From NCBI GenBank assembly GCA_964016885.1, contig OZ024741.1, positions 75,578,001 to 75,642,000 of the forward strand: a stretch of DNA of 64,000 nucleotides, written 5' to 3'. A program made the translations under genes and the position numbers. Shown here in pieces: positions 51,796 to 64,000 of this stretch (the stretch's first letter is position 1; each line of letters begins with the position of its first letter). This stretch comes from Eledone cirrhosa. Its lineage: Eukaryota. Below the pieces are notes generated by a model that saw nothing but the letters and a program-made list of their open reading frames with translations, was not told the DNA's origin and made no database searches.

Positions 51796-54296
51796 GATAG
51801 ACAGACAAATGAAAGATACAGCTCACCTTGAGGAACAAACATGGGAAAATATAACAGTTGAACAGTTGCGCTTGGCTCTAAGAAAAACCAGCAAATGGAA
51901 ATCCCCAGGAAAAGACAAAATACAAAACTTTTGGATAAATGCCTTCACAGAGTCTCATGAGCTGTTAGCCCAACTTTACAATGAAATAGTTAAGGAGCCA
52001 GAAAAGATACCTTCATGGCTAGTTAACGGCATTACATTCCTGCTTCCGAAGAATGATGAGACAAACAATCCCAAAAATTACAGACCGATAACTTGCTTGA
52101 CCACAATGTATAAAATTTTAACATCAGTCCTAACTGAATACACATATGACCACCTGATAACAAATGACCTATTTCCCATTGAGCAGAAAGGGTGTAAACG
52201 AGGCTCATATGGCTGTAAGGATCAGCTTCTGGTTAACAAAATGATACTGGAAGATTGTCATAATAGACACAAAAATCTATCGATTGCTTGGATAGATTAT
52301 AAAAAAGCATTCGATAGTTTGCCCCACAGTTGGATTGAAAAATGTTTAGAGATTTTCAAAATATCCCCTGTTGTCAGGAGGTTTTTGTCATTCAGTATGA
52401 AGACATGGAAAACGACACTCCTTTTGAATAGTGAAACAAAATCACTGGAAGCTGGAGAAGTTAATATTAATTGTGGAATTTTTCAGGGTGACTCTTTATC
52501 ACCGCTTTTATTCTGCATCGCACTTATACCATTAAGTAAAATGCTCAATGAAACAAAACATGGATATAAAGTCTATGACAAAACCATTAATCACCTGTTC
52601 TACATGGATGACCTGAAACTATTTGCAAAAAATGATGAACAATTGCAAGGGCTATTATCCACTGTGGAGCAGTTCAGTGATGACATTAAAATGGAGTTTG
52701 GACTAGATAAATGCGCCAAAGCAAAGTTCACCAGAGGAAAGCTGCTGAAGAGTTCAGACATTAATCTTGATCGGGGGAACGTGATAAGAGAACTTGATCA
52801 AGAAAAAACTTACAAATATCTAGGTGTTTGTGAAGGAGACGGAATCAAGCACTCGACAATGAGGGAAAGGATAAGGAAGGAATGTTACCGCAGAGTAAGA
52901 GCAATCTTAAGAACGGAATTGAATGCAAGGAATAGGATCGATGCCATAAACACGCTTGCCATACCAGTAGTAACCTACAGTTACAATGTCATCAACTGGT
53001 CAAGCACAGAGATCCGTAGGCTCGATACAAAAATTCGAAAATTCTTAACCATGCACAGAATGCATCACCCTAAGGCAGATATAGATAGAATATATCTCCC
53101 TAGGAAAGAAGGAGGACGTGGGTTAATCCAGTTAGACATTGCATTGAAAACTGCAACAATTGGATTATCTACATATCTAAGGGAATCACATGATTGGATG
53201 ATCAAACTCGTTTTGAAACACGAAAGCATCAAAAGATCATATTCCATTACAAAAGATGCACAAAGATACAGTAATGGACTACACATTTCAGAAGTCCCAT
53301 TTACTGCTGAAATGGAAAACACAGAAAGAGCAAAGCAGGTAAAAGTAACTGCAAAGAAAGAACTGCTACAGAAACTGGCTAAGAAATGGCAAGAAAAGCC
53401 TCTGTATGGAAAATACCCAGAGCGAGCTAACAATCCTGATGTTGACAAAACTTTAACCCATCAGTGGTTGGCATCCTCTGGACTGAAATCGGAGACTGAA
53501 GGACTGATTATATCGGCACAAGATCAGTGTCTGCCAACAAAAAATTACCAAGCCAGCATAATAAAAAATGGGTGCAGCCCATTATGCCGTGTATGCAAAA
53601 AACAACCAGAGACCATTGACCATATAATTTCAATGTGCAGTCCTATAGCTCCAACCGAATACCTAAACAGGCATGACAGAGCTGCACAATACATACATTG
53701 GATAATGTGTAAGCATTTTGACCTGCCCCATCAAAAGAATTGGTGGGAGCATCAACCACTTCCCATACTTGAAAAAGATCACATCTCAATCTTGTGGAAC
53801 TTTAGCATCCAAACAGACCGAAAAATAGATGCAAACAGACCTGATATAATAGTGAAAGACTTTCAAAAGAGGGTATGCCTGCTAATTGATATGTCTGTTC
53901 CAATAGACAAGAATGTATCTATAAAAACATTTGAAAAATTGAGCAAGTATAAGGACCTGGAGATAGAAATTGGAAAAATGTGGAAATTGAGAACTAAAAC
54001 AATACCAGTGGTTGTAGGCGCTCTGGGAATGATACCTAAGGGGTCTAATGATTACTTATCGCAAATCCCAGGAAACCCGCGTATAGGAGAAATACAAAAG
54101 ATAGTACTAATGGGAACTGCCCATATACTAAGGAAGATTCTGTCAATATAAGTACATCACAAGTCTAAACACTAAAGATGCATGTGTGAATATGTATGTT
54201 CTTTCTTGAACATGGCGGACCTTGTTGTCTCTTGAGGTCACTGGTTGTGACTTGGTGATAACTCGTATGAACATAAAGCAAGATAAATGCAACTGT
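51795..54296 (+). mobile_element. R4/Dong LINE family D2, 5'-truncated, young
   Basis: (AAT)n both sides; ~145-bp 3' UTR; related 3' end at 57270-57500(-). Confidence 0.95.
51809..54151 (+). CDS. RT + CCHC + restriction-like endonuclease, 780 aa, uninterrupted
   Basis: [77 protein letters not shown]. Confidence 0.95.
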   Translation: MKDTAHLEEQTWENITVEQLRLALRKTSKWKSPGKDKIQNFWINAFTESHELLAQLYNEIVKEPEKIPSWLVNGITFLLPKNDETNNPKNYRPITCLTTMYKILTSVLTEYTYDHLITNDLFPIEQKGCKRGSYGCKDQLLVNKMILEDCHNRHKNLSIAWIDYKKAFDSLPHSWIEKCLEIFKISPVVRRFLSFSMKTWKTTLLLNSETKSLEAGEVNINCGIFQGDSLSPLLFCIALIPLSKMLNETKHGYKVYDKTINHLFYMDDLKLFAKNDEQLQGLLSTVEQFSDDIKMEFGLDKCAKAKFTRGKLLKSSDINLDRGNVIRELDQEKTYKYLGVCEGDGIKHSTMRERIRKECYRRVRAILRTELNARNRIDAINTLAIPVVTYSYNVINWSSTEIRRLDTKIRKFLTMHRMHHPKADIDRIYLPRKEGGRGLIQLDIALKTATIGLSTYLRESHDWMIKLVLKHESIKRSYSITKDAQRYSNGLHISEVPFTAEMENTERAKQVKVTAKKELLQKLAKKWQEKPLYGKYPERANNPDVDKTLTHQWLASSGLKSETEGLIISAQDQCLPTKNYQASIIKNGCSPLCRVCKKQPETIDHIISMCSPIAPTEYLNRHDRAAQYIHWIMCKHFDLPHQKNWWEHQPLPILEKDHISILWNFSIQTDRKIDANRPDIIVKDFQKRVCLLIDMSVPIDKNVSIKTFEKLSKYKDLEIEIGKMWKLRTKTIPVVVGALGMIPKGSNDYLSQIPGNPRIGEIQKIVLMGTAHILRKILSI

Positions 54297-54317
54297 AATA
54301 ATAATAATAATAATAAC

Positions 54318-54843
54318 TATGCAAAGTAAACAATTTACCACATTCTGAGAAGTGGTATGAGCATAAGCCAGAGTCGGCGATAGAAAACGATCAGGTGAAG
54401 GTGCTGTGGGATTTTAGGATACAGACGGACAAGAAACTGGAACATAATAGACCTGACCTGGTGGTTTTGGACAAGGAAAAAAGATCGTGCCTGATTGTGG
54501 ATGTGGCCTGCCCATTCGACAAGAGAGTGCAAGAGAAGGAGAGGGAGAAAATTAACCGATACCAGGACTTAAAGTGGGAGGTAAAAAGGATTTGGAACTG
54601 CCATGAAGTCAAAGTGGTCCCGATTGTCATAGGCGCACTAGGTACTATCTCAAAAGGTTTCCAGGGATGGTTAAAGAAAATTGGCCCCGCCACGCTTTTT
54701 GGAACGCTTCAAAAGGCATGCTTGCTGGGAACAGCAAGAACCCTCCGATACGTCCTGAATATCTGAGGCTGCAGGTAGTGGCTTGATATTCATTTCAACA
54801 AACTTTCCAGTTAACTAACATCAATGACTGAGACTCAAAGAAC
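54318..54843 (+). mobile_element. Dong D1 3' fragment (REL)
   Basis: WDFRIQTD..NRPDL..DVACP..KINRY; (AAT)n flanks. Confidence 0.92.
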
Positions 54844-54880
<37 letters not shown>

Positions 54881-57030
54881 TTGATAACAACATCCTTCTC
54901 ATCTAACAATTTAACAGGTCATCGGAACCAGGAATTCCCCAACTTTGGACCAATAGAACAAACACTAAAAAATAACGCTCAAAATCAGAAAACAATCAAA
55001 ACAAAAATGGACTAGGGAGGAATATAAACAGGTTATGACAGCATTAAACAATCCCCATTCAAATGTAACAATTGATAACATGTCGGAAGAAGATTGACAA
55101 AATCAGATAGAATAGAAATATTTGTGAAGAACAATTTAGGGAACCAGCTGCTGAGGATAATGAAAACGCTAACAGGATTCTAGAACGCAATGCACAAGAC
55201 ATTTCAGAAGCTAAAGAAGACATTGTCAGAGAATTAAGTATAACCTTAGGCACCGAAATGAAAAAAGGAGAATCTACCTAAGTTTCAGAAGAACAAAATG
55301 AATTCTCATAAGATTAAAATTTACAATGCTGCAAGAGGGTGAAAACATTTTGACCTCTCTTAACATCTTCGTATAATCTACAGCTAAAGTGGTCTTAGAA
55401 TTAAGAAAAAAAAAACAGACATATTCATGCAACTTAATTGAAAGAAAAAATACAAAAAGAAATCGATAACCTGAGAGGTGAACTGCCATTAGTCAAAGAG
55501 CTAACCAGGGGTGTGAATGTAATGACTAGAAAAGTAAGAGAACTTAAAAGAAAGTATAAGAGCTCAGATAAGGAGAATCTATTGAGCACCAAAGAGACTT
55601 TGAAACAATGAATCCAGGTCAAAACACAGAGAGTTAAACAATACAATAAGAGAGGCACGTTCTGCAAACAAAACAAAATCTTCGAAACTGACATAAAGAA
55701 ATTTTACCGGGAAATAGGGAAACAGCCAGTGGAGGTTAAGGAACCACCTAACATGTATGAGGTTCAGCAATTCTAGGAAAATATATGGAGCAATGAAAAA
55801 CAATATAATGAAGAAGCTGAATGGATTAATAGAGAAATAGATAGCATAGAGATATTAACCATCAGGAATGGCAAGAAATAGAGCTGCAAGAGCTAAGGTT
55901 GCCCCTTGGTAAAGCACATAAACGAAAATCACTTGGGATAGACCAAATTCCTAACTTTTGGTTAAATTCACTTACAGGGATGTATAAAGAATTTGCTAGT
56001 GAAATTGTATCTATAATACAAAATCTGAATGAAACCCAGAACTGGTTGACACAAGGCACAAAATACCTTCTCCCCAAAACAGTTGAGACAAAAAACAAAT
56101 ATCTGCCAATAACTTGTCTCACTACGACTTACAAAATCCTGACATCTATACTAACTGAGTGAAGATACAAATACCTTGATGAAAATGAAATCATTCCACA
56201 ATAACAAAAAGGAGGAAAGCAGAACTCATATGGGTACAAAAACCAACTATTAATAAGATGATTATAGAAAGTTGTTGATCCAAAAAGAAAAATCTAAACA
56301 CTGCTTGGATTGATTATAGAAAAGCCTATGACAGTGTACCACGTGAATGGATATTGGAAGCTCTGGAAATTTACAAAATATCTCCCTTAATATCTAACAT
56401 TTTGTGAGTTAGCATGTCAAAATGAAGTACAAACCTCTTTTCTAACAATATCAAAGGCGTGATAAAATCAGTTAATATTTAAATTAATTGTGGAATATTT
56501 CAAGGTGACTCCCTCTCACCTGTTCTCTTTTGCCTAGCTCTCTTTCCAATATCAAATGAGCTCAACAACATGGAATATGGGTATAAGATGAACGGCAACA
56601 ATAAGATCGTTAACTATTTGTTTTTTATGGATGACCTAAAATTGTATGCTAAAAGCGACCAAGTGTTAAAAAGTCTTTTAACAACTGTGAAGCAATTTAG
56701 CAATAACATTGGCGTGGCATTTGACATTGGCAAATGTGGCAAAGCAATGTTTAAAAGAGGAAAGCTAACAAAAACATAATCTGTTAAACTCGATATAGAT
56801 ACAACCATAGACCTAGAAGGTACCTATAAATATCTTGACATAAACAAAGATGATGGAATTAAATACAATCAAATAAAGAAGAAAATATGGAAAGAATTCT
56901 ACAGAAGAGTACTATTTCCTAAAAACTGTTTCCAGGCTATAAACACTTTAGCTGTACCAGTGGTATGATACAGTTATAACATCATCAATTGGAACTAATC
57001 TGATCTTCAAAGAATGGAGTCCAAAGCTCG
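54881..57030 (+). pseudogene. Old R4/Dong copy (N-terminus to RT)
   Basis: KSLGIDQIPNFWL, PITCLTT, FFMDDLKLYA with many stops. Confidence 0.85.
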
Positions 57031-57540
57031 AAGGAGGACACCTGGGAGAGGGCACTTGCCCTAACGGTCAGGGTGACTGTGGTTTTTGTGGGCTTTCTCC
57101 ATGAGTAGCGCTCGTTTCTATTTTTTTTTTTTTTGTAACATCTTTTGTTTTTGTTTTATACTCATTTTTACATGTAGAAACCCACATTGTACCATCCTGT
57201 GCTGTCCTTAATGTATTTTTTGTAAACCCTTTGTGGTCAATAAAGAAAACATTTTTATTACAATTTTTTCATTTATCTTGCTTTATGTTCATACGAGTTA
57301 TCACCAAGTCACAACCAGTGACCTCAAGAGACAACAAGGTCCACCATGTTCAAGAAAGAACACACACACATGTAACTTTAGGTGTTTAGACTTGTGATGT
57401 ACTTATATTGACAGAATCTTCCTTAGTATATGGGCAGTTCCCATTAGTACTATCTTTTCTATTTCTTCTATACACAGGTTTCCTGGGATTTGGGATAAGT
57501 ATATGATAATAATAATAATAACAATAATAATATTAATAAT

Positions 57541-58860
57541 AGACACTGAAGAAGGATACAAATATTTAGGTATTCTGGAGGCAGATGACATCAAGAACAA
57601 AAAAAATGAAGGAATTGATAAGATCTGATTACATCAGGAGAGTAAGGAACATATTAAAATCACATCTAAATAGTAGGAATGTCATAAGGGCAGTGAATTC
57701 CTGAGCTGTGTCTATTATTAGGTACAGTGCAGGAATTCTGAAATGGAATATTGCTGAACAAAAAGAAATGGATAGGAAGACTAGGAAGCTATTGACTATC
57801 TACAACATGTTCCACAAGAGGAGTGATGTGGATAGACTCTACTTAAAGAGATCTGAAGGTGGAAGAGGTCTTATCAGCATAGAGGACTGTGTTCAGATGG
57901 AGAAAAACAACCTGCACAAATACGTGACTGACAGTAGGGAGCCAATGCTCAAAATTGTACTGAAGGAGAGGACAATAGGCCAGGGGATGTCCAAGGAGGA
58001 AATAACAACAAGGAAGAAGAGCAACCTTCATGAAAAATCCCTTCATAGCACCTTCTTTAAGAAAACTGAATTTAGAGATCCACAGACATGGAACTGGTTA
58101 AAAAGAGGAGACCTTAAAAAGGCTACAGAAGGAATGCTAATGGCTGCGCAAGAGCAGGCCCTCAGAACGAAGTGGGTGAAACACCATATTTACAAGGAGG
58201 AGGCTAGCCCACTGTGTAGGATCTGTGGAGAGAGAGAGCAGACTGTGGCTCACATTGTATCTGAGTGTAAACACCTAACCCAGACTCACTATAAAGGCTG
58301 GAGACATGATGTGATAGGCAGGGTGATCCACTGGCACCTATGCAAAGTAAACAATTTATCACATTCTGAGAAGTGGTATGAGCATAAGCCAGAGTCGGTG
58401 ATAGAAAACAATCAGGTGAAGGTGTTATGGGGTTTTAGGATACAGACGGACAAGAAATTAGAACACAATAGGCCTGACCTGGTGGTTTTGGACAAGGAAA
58501 AAAGATTGTGCCTGATTGAGATGTGGCCTGCCCATTCGACAAGAGAGTGCAAGAGAAGGAGAGGGAGAAAATTAACCGATACCAGGACTTAAAGTGGGAG
58601 GTAAAAAGGATTTGGAACTGCCATAAGTCAAGGTCGTCCCAATTGTCATAGGCGCACTAGGTACTATCTCAAAGAGTTTCCAAAGATGGTTAAAGAAGAT
58701 AGGTCCAGCCCCGCTTTTTGGAACACTTCAAAAGGCATGCTTGCTGGGAACAGCAAGAACCCTCCGATACGTCCTGAATATCTGAGCCTGCAGGTAGCGG
58801 TTTGATATTCATTTCAACAAACTTTCCTGTTAAATAACATCAATGACTGAGACTCAAAAA
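57541..58860 (+). mobile_element. Dong D1 3' half
   Basis: Highly similar to 43700-45020; (AAT)n flanks. Confidence 0.92.
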
Positions 58861-58874
58861 ATAACAACAAAAAA

Positions 58875-58904
<30 letters not shown>

Positions 58905-58905
<1 letters not shown>

Positions 58906-59583
58906 CTTTCTTTATTAACCACAAGGGTTTACACAAAGTTGATATTAAGGACAGTACAGGACAATACAGGATGCCATTTCTGCGTGTAAAAAAAAACAAA
59001 AACAGAGGATGTAACAAAAAAAGGAACAATGAAAATTCCCCAATAGGGGGAGGGGGAGGGGGGACTTCCGAGGGCCATCGTGGAAAAAGCCCATTAAAAA
59101 AAGCCACAGTGACTCTGACCACCAGGGCAAGTGCCCTCTCCCAGTTTTCCACCTTCAATTTACAGGCACTTACTCAGAATAGGCCCATTCACTCGGGTCA
59201 TTCTTGCCTCTCTCACCCATCTTTCAACAAAATGCTGCGAAAAGAGCACTTCCCTCTCTACCCTGATTTTCCTTTTCAAATGAAATCTGAAAAAGTTAAT
59301 CAGGGCATCAGCGAAGAGGTAAGTGCTCGTCTTCAGCCCTTTCAAACGCATCCACCATACTATCTCTCTCGCCATGGCCACCAGACAGATAAAAATTGCC
59401 TTCCCCTCCCGGCTAAAGGAAGAGGGTGTGGCAATCCTCACAATGGACTCAGCTGATAGCCGGATCCGTTCTACACGCGACAGCAGGTGTTCGACATGAA
59501 CCCACAAGTCAGCAATGCTCGGACACTGGACGAGTGCGTGCAGGACGGTTTCATCGCCCTGCGCGCATCTCAGACCCGGCGCT
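58905..59583 (-). mobile_element. 5'-truncated Tx1 copy flanked by (AAT)n
   Basis: Similar to 45318-45985. Confidence 0.9.
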
Positions 59584-59609
59584 TAATAATAATAATAATA
59601 ATAATAATA

Positions 59610-59826
59610 ATTGTTTCTTATATAGGCACAAGGCTAGCAATTTTGGGGGAGGGGAAAGTCGATTAAATCGACCCCAGTGCATGACTGGTACTTTATTTTA
59701 TTGACCCCATAAGGATGAAAGGCAAAGTTAACCTCGGCAGGATTTGAACTCAGATCATAAAAGGCCGTAACTCTATGCTTCAAAGCATGGCGTCTGACCC
59801 TCTACCGATACTGCCAATCCACCGCC
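59610..59826 (-). mobile_element. SINE A, long-tail variant
   Basis: Same head and core, with extra GGGGTCGATTTAATCGACTTTCCCC segment. Confidence 0.85.
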
Positions 59827-60669
59827 TGCACTTTCTGGCTAAGGAAGAGCAGTGGGGAGATTTTGACGATGGGCTCAGTTGACAGTTCGATCTGTCCCGC
59901 TTATGGCAGCAGGTATTCAAGATAAACCCAGACATGCCAGGCTGTTGGTACTTCCATGACGTTAGAGTTTATCTCAGACTAGCAATGCTCCCCAGTACCA
60001 CTGCCAGACCAGGGATTTCTGGAAGTTATCCATAAGCCCTGGACTAAAAGTCCTCAAGAAGAGAATAGCTAGTTGATTTTCGTGAAGGTCCAGAGTTTCC
60101 CCAAGAACATTGTCACTTTTATCCATCACTAACCCTCAATAGAACATCAAAGTGGAGTTTCCACTGATCGTAGTGCCCAATTGACTGAGGGCTGTGACAT
60201 TCTAGCCTCCAAGCACATCCCCTAGGTCTTTGCTTAACAAAGTGATAATAATTTCTAATCTAGGCACAAACATGTAATTCGGTAGGAAGGAAAAGTTTAT
60301 AACATTCACTCCAGTACATCACTAGTACTTTACTTTATCAATGCCAAAAGGATGAAAGGCAAAGTTGACCTTGGCATGTTATGAACTCAGAATATAAAGA
60401 TCCAAAACAAATACTGTAAACCATTCTTCCTTTGCTCTAGCAACTCTACTTATTCAATATCCTTAATGATTTCTAATTTATGCACAAGGCCAACAATTTT
60501 GTCAATTAAATCAACTCTGGTATTTGACTGGTGCTATACTTTATCTAGCTTTGATGATAGATAAAGTTGACTTCAGTAGGATTTCAGCAGTTAAAGAGCC
60601 AGAACAAATCCTGCAAAGCATTTTGTCTGACAATCTAACCAATCTGGCATTCTTCCACCCTTCATAATA

Positions 60670-61248
60670 ATTGTTTCTACTTTTGGCACAAGGCCAGCAA
60701 TTACCCAGTACATTACTGGTACTTTATTTTTATCGACCCCGTAAGATGAAAGGCAAAGTTAACCTTGGTGGGATTTGAACTCAGACCATAAAGGGCTGTA
60801 ACTCTATGCATCAAAGCATGGCGTCCAACCCTCTACCAATACTGCCAATCCACCACCCTTCATAATAATTGTTTCTACTTTTGGCACAAGGCCAGCAAAT
60901 TACCCAGTGCATTACTGGTACTTTATTTTATCGACCCCGTAAGGATGAAAGGCAAAGTTAACCTCGGCGGGATTTGAAGTCAGATCATAAAGGGACGTAA
61001 CTCTATGCTTCAAAGCATGGTGTCCGACTCCCTACCGATACTGCCAATCCACCAGCCTTCATAATAATTGTTTCCATTTTAGGCACAAGGCCAGCAATTA
61101 CCCAGTACATTACTGGTACTTTATTTTATCGACCCCGTAAGGATGAAAGGCAAAGTTAACCTCGGCCAGATTTGAACTCAGATCGTAAAGGGACGTAACT
61201 ATGCTGGAAAGCATGGCCGACCCTCTACCGATACTGCCAATTCACCAA
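60670..61248 (-). mobile_element. Three head-to-tail SINE A copies
   Basis: Units of ~198 bp separated by CCTTCATAATAAT; copies differ at several positions. Confidence 0.9.
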
Positions 61249-62096
61249 TAATGCTTTATAATTAGGGCAGCCATTTGAAGGGAGAAAGATAATTAAATCA
61301 ACCTCAGTGTTTGATTGGTATTTTATCTTATCTACCTTGAAGAATGAACAGTAAAGTTGACCTTGTTGGAACGTGAACTCAGAATAAAAACAGCGCAAAC
61401 AAAATACTGCAAAGCACTTTAGCTGACACTCTAACCATTCTGGCAATCCTTTGCCCTAAAGGATTATAATAATAACAATGAAAATAATAAGGATTATAAA
61501 ATAATAATGATGGACTGAAGCTTCAATGGTGATTGGTATGGTATGGTATATATTGATTTCAATTTAGGTACAAGGCCAGCAAATTTGGAGAAGAATCCAA
61601 ATTGATTAAATCAACCCCAGTATTAGACTGGCATGTTATTAGATTGATCATGGAATTTGAACACAAAATGTTAAGAGCCAACAGAAGAACAGCAATAGCA
61701 TTTTATCAGTGCTCTAACCATTCTGCCAATCAATGTACAGCCCTAAGACATGATGACAATAATAATAAAAATAATAATTATAAAATAAAGATGAACTGAA
61801 GTTTGATGTTGAATGGTTAGGTAGAATGTGTATTAGCAGTTTACCTTGCCATCAGTACATTTTTGTATTAGCATAAGACAGTGATAATTGGCCATTTCCA
61901 TGCCAAAAGATATGACAGGATGACAGAGAATACAGGATGAGAATAATATTAAATGAAAAGAAATATTGTGAGAAGAATAGTCTACTTAATCAAATAATAA
62001 AATTTAACTGATGAGGAAACTTGATCCTCTTTAATGGGTCCCATTGTATTGTATGGGAAGGAAATTCAACACAGAATATACATCTCTTACATATGC

Positions 62097-62151
<55 letters not shown>

Positions 62152-62153
<2 letters not shown>

Positions 62154-62782
62154 CCTGCATGCTCCGATGGATGTGTAACAGTAATATACGTGAACGACAA
62201 AGCATAAATGAATTGAGAGAGAGACTGAGCATAAGAGGAATCAAATGCTGTGTGCAGGAGAGGCGGTTGCGCTGGTATGGACATGTGATGCATATGAAGG
62301 ATGACAGCTGCATAAAAAGGTGCAGAGCACTAGAAGTCGATGGAAACCGCGGAGTGGGGAGACCCAAGATGACCTGGGATGAGGTGATAAAAGCCGACCT
62401 TACCCAATTACACCTCTCAAAGGCAATGACACACGACCGTGACTTCTGGTGTCACGCAGTAATACAGAGTACCCGACCTCTCATGGGTACAAGCTGAAGC
62501 ATATAGACAATATGCCCCCACACCCCCCACTGCAAGGTGGTCATGGAGATGCCACGGCAAAAAAGCAGCCAGCCGACACTGTAAAGTGGACGTGTAGGTG
62601 CCACGGAAAAAAAGCACCCAGCACTCACTGTAAATGAGGTTGGTGTTAGGAAGGGCATCCAGCTGTAGAAATCAAGCCAAATCAGTTCCTGTATGAGCAA
62701 GGCATGGTCAGCCGACCAGACACTGCCCACAACAGGACAACCCGTCTAACCCATGCTAGCGTGGAAGAACGGACGTAAAATT
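62152..62782 (+). mobile_element. RTE LINE 3' fragment, second subfamily
   Basis: MLRWMC..RRLRWYGHV..GRPKMTW plus 3' UTR. Confidence 0.9.
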
Positions 62783-63094
62783 GAAAAAACAACCGTTTAT
62801 TTAAATGATGCTGGGGAGAGATAGGGAAGAAAGAGAGAGAGAAAAAATATTAATATTATGAGATAGAGAGAAGAAATTTACAAGAGGATGAATAAAGCTC
62901 ATGTAACATAAATCTTCCCTCTCTCTCCCCAACATCATTTAAATAAACGGTTGTTTTTTCAATTATTTACACATTCATTTGCATATTCACACATAACTTT
63001 GAATAATCCCTAATATGTTTCCACTATCCAGTGAATTTCCGACCGATAAGGTATGATTTTCATGGGTACGTCTTTATTTATAAAACAAACTTTG

Positions 63095-63159
63095 TATTTT
63101 ATCTGATGAAAGCGCACCAAGGTTTGCTTGGTTGCCCTTGAAATATATATAATAAAATA
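63095..63159 (+). ncRNA. Type I hammerhead in pLTR-like remnant (62783-63297)
   Basis: TATTTTAT-CTGATGA-AAGCGCACCAAG(GTTTG)CTTGGTTGCCCTT-GAAA-TATATA-TA-ATAAAATA. Confidence 0.8.
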
Positions 63160-63313
63160 AATATGGTTTTATAAATATAGTTTCCATTTATTTAATATCA
63201 TGGAATATTTACTCCAGTAACTTGTTGAGTGCTCTAAATCAGTTATAAACATTTATGTTTGTCGGACTTCCAACAAATTAAATACAACTTCTACATATAT
63301 ATATATATATATA

Positions 63314-64000
63314 TCATCATCATCATCATCATCATCGTTTAACGTCCGTGTTCCATGCTTGCATGGGTTTGGACGGAGGGTTTTCCCACTTGAGGCAAGA
63401 GTGGTTATCTTGCTCGCATAGGACTATCTGGCGGGTTTTCTACAGCTGGATGCCCTTCCTAACACCAACCACATTTACAGTGTGGGACTGGGAGGTTTTT
63501 ACCGTGTTACCTACACGACCACATTACAGCGTGAACTGTGTGTTTTTTTGACGTGACACCTACACGATCTCATTTGTTTCGGGCTGGATGTTGTGGCACC
63601 AACATAACTTTACATTGAAAGGGGCGGTGTGGATGGGGTGGGGGTGGTGGGACGGGGGTGTATTTTGTTAGAGATGCCTACTGACTGTAGTAGGTTTTAC
63701 TTTGTATTTAGGTAAGGCGGGTCTTCTCTATTACTGAGTACCGCCAAAGGTCTCGGTCCAGTGACATTGTCTTGGTGAGGTGTAAGTGTGTGAGGTCGGA
63801 ATTTATCAGCTCATCCCAGGTTTTTCTGGGTCTGCCTATTCCGTGGCTACCGTCTATCTTTATTGCCCTGCACTTTGTTATACAGCTATCGTCCTTCATG
63901 CGCATCACGTTACCATACCAACGTAGCCTTCTCTCGAGTAAACAACATCTGATCTCTCTTATTTCTAATTTTTTCCTTAGTTCGTTTATGCTTTGCCGTT
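63314..64000 (-). mobile_element. RTE LINE 3' part, runs off the window
   Basis: Close reverse complement of 19490-20150; (GAT)n tail. Confidence 0.92.

Noticed and set aside
60660-61250. Repeat-spacer-like periodicity suggesting CRISPR
   Set aside because: Units are whole SINEs without unique spacers; eukaryotic context; no cas genes.

Overview
Eukaryotic, AT-rich, microsatellite-dense DNA with no host gene I can recognise. The repeat families and microsatellite load suggest a cephalopod (Octopus-like) genome; this is inference. The window is almost entirely mobile elements: Penelope-like elements (RT + GIY-YIG), R4/Dong-clade LINEs (one uninterrupted 780-aa RT-CCHC-REL ORF), a near full-length Tx1/L1-clade LINE, RTE fragments, many tRNA-derived SINE copies, a deleted mariner, MITEs, a probable solo LTR and a Helitron-like end. 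The main unexplained signal is a set of type I hammerhead ribozymes. The best case is a young, non-coding 469-bp tandem/inverted array (17.7-19.3 kb) whose monomer carries an intact minimal hammerhead, many hairpins and an octamer/AP-1 motif pair, consistent with a retrozyme. A second ~500-nt hammerhead element and several Penelope-terminal hammerheads of different architectures also occur. From 42 to 61 kb, Dong, Tx1 and SINE copies are stacked in (AAT)n tracts with family-specific polarity. All coordinates were read by eye; element ends are approximate.
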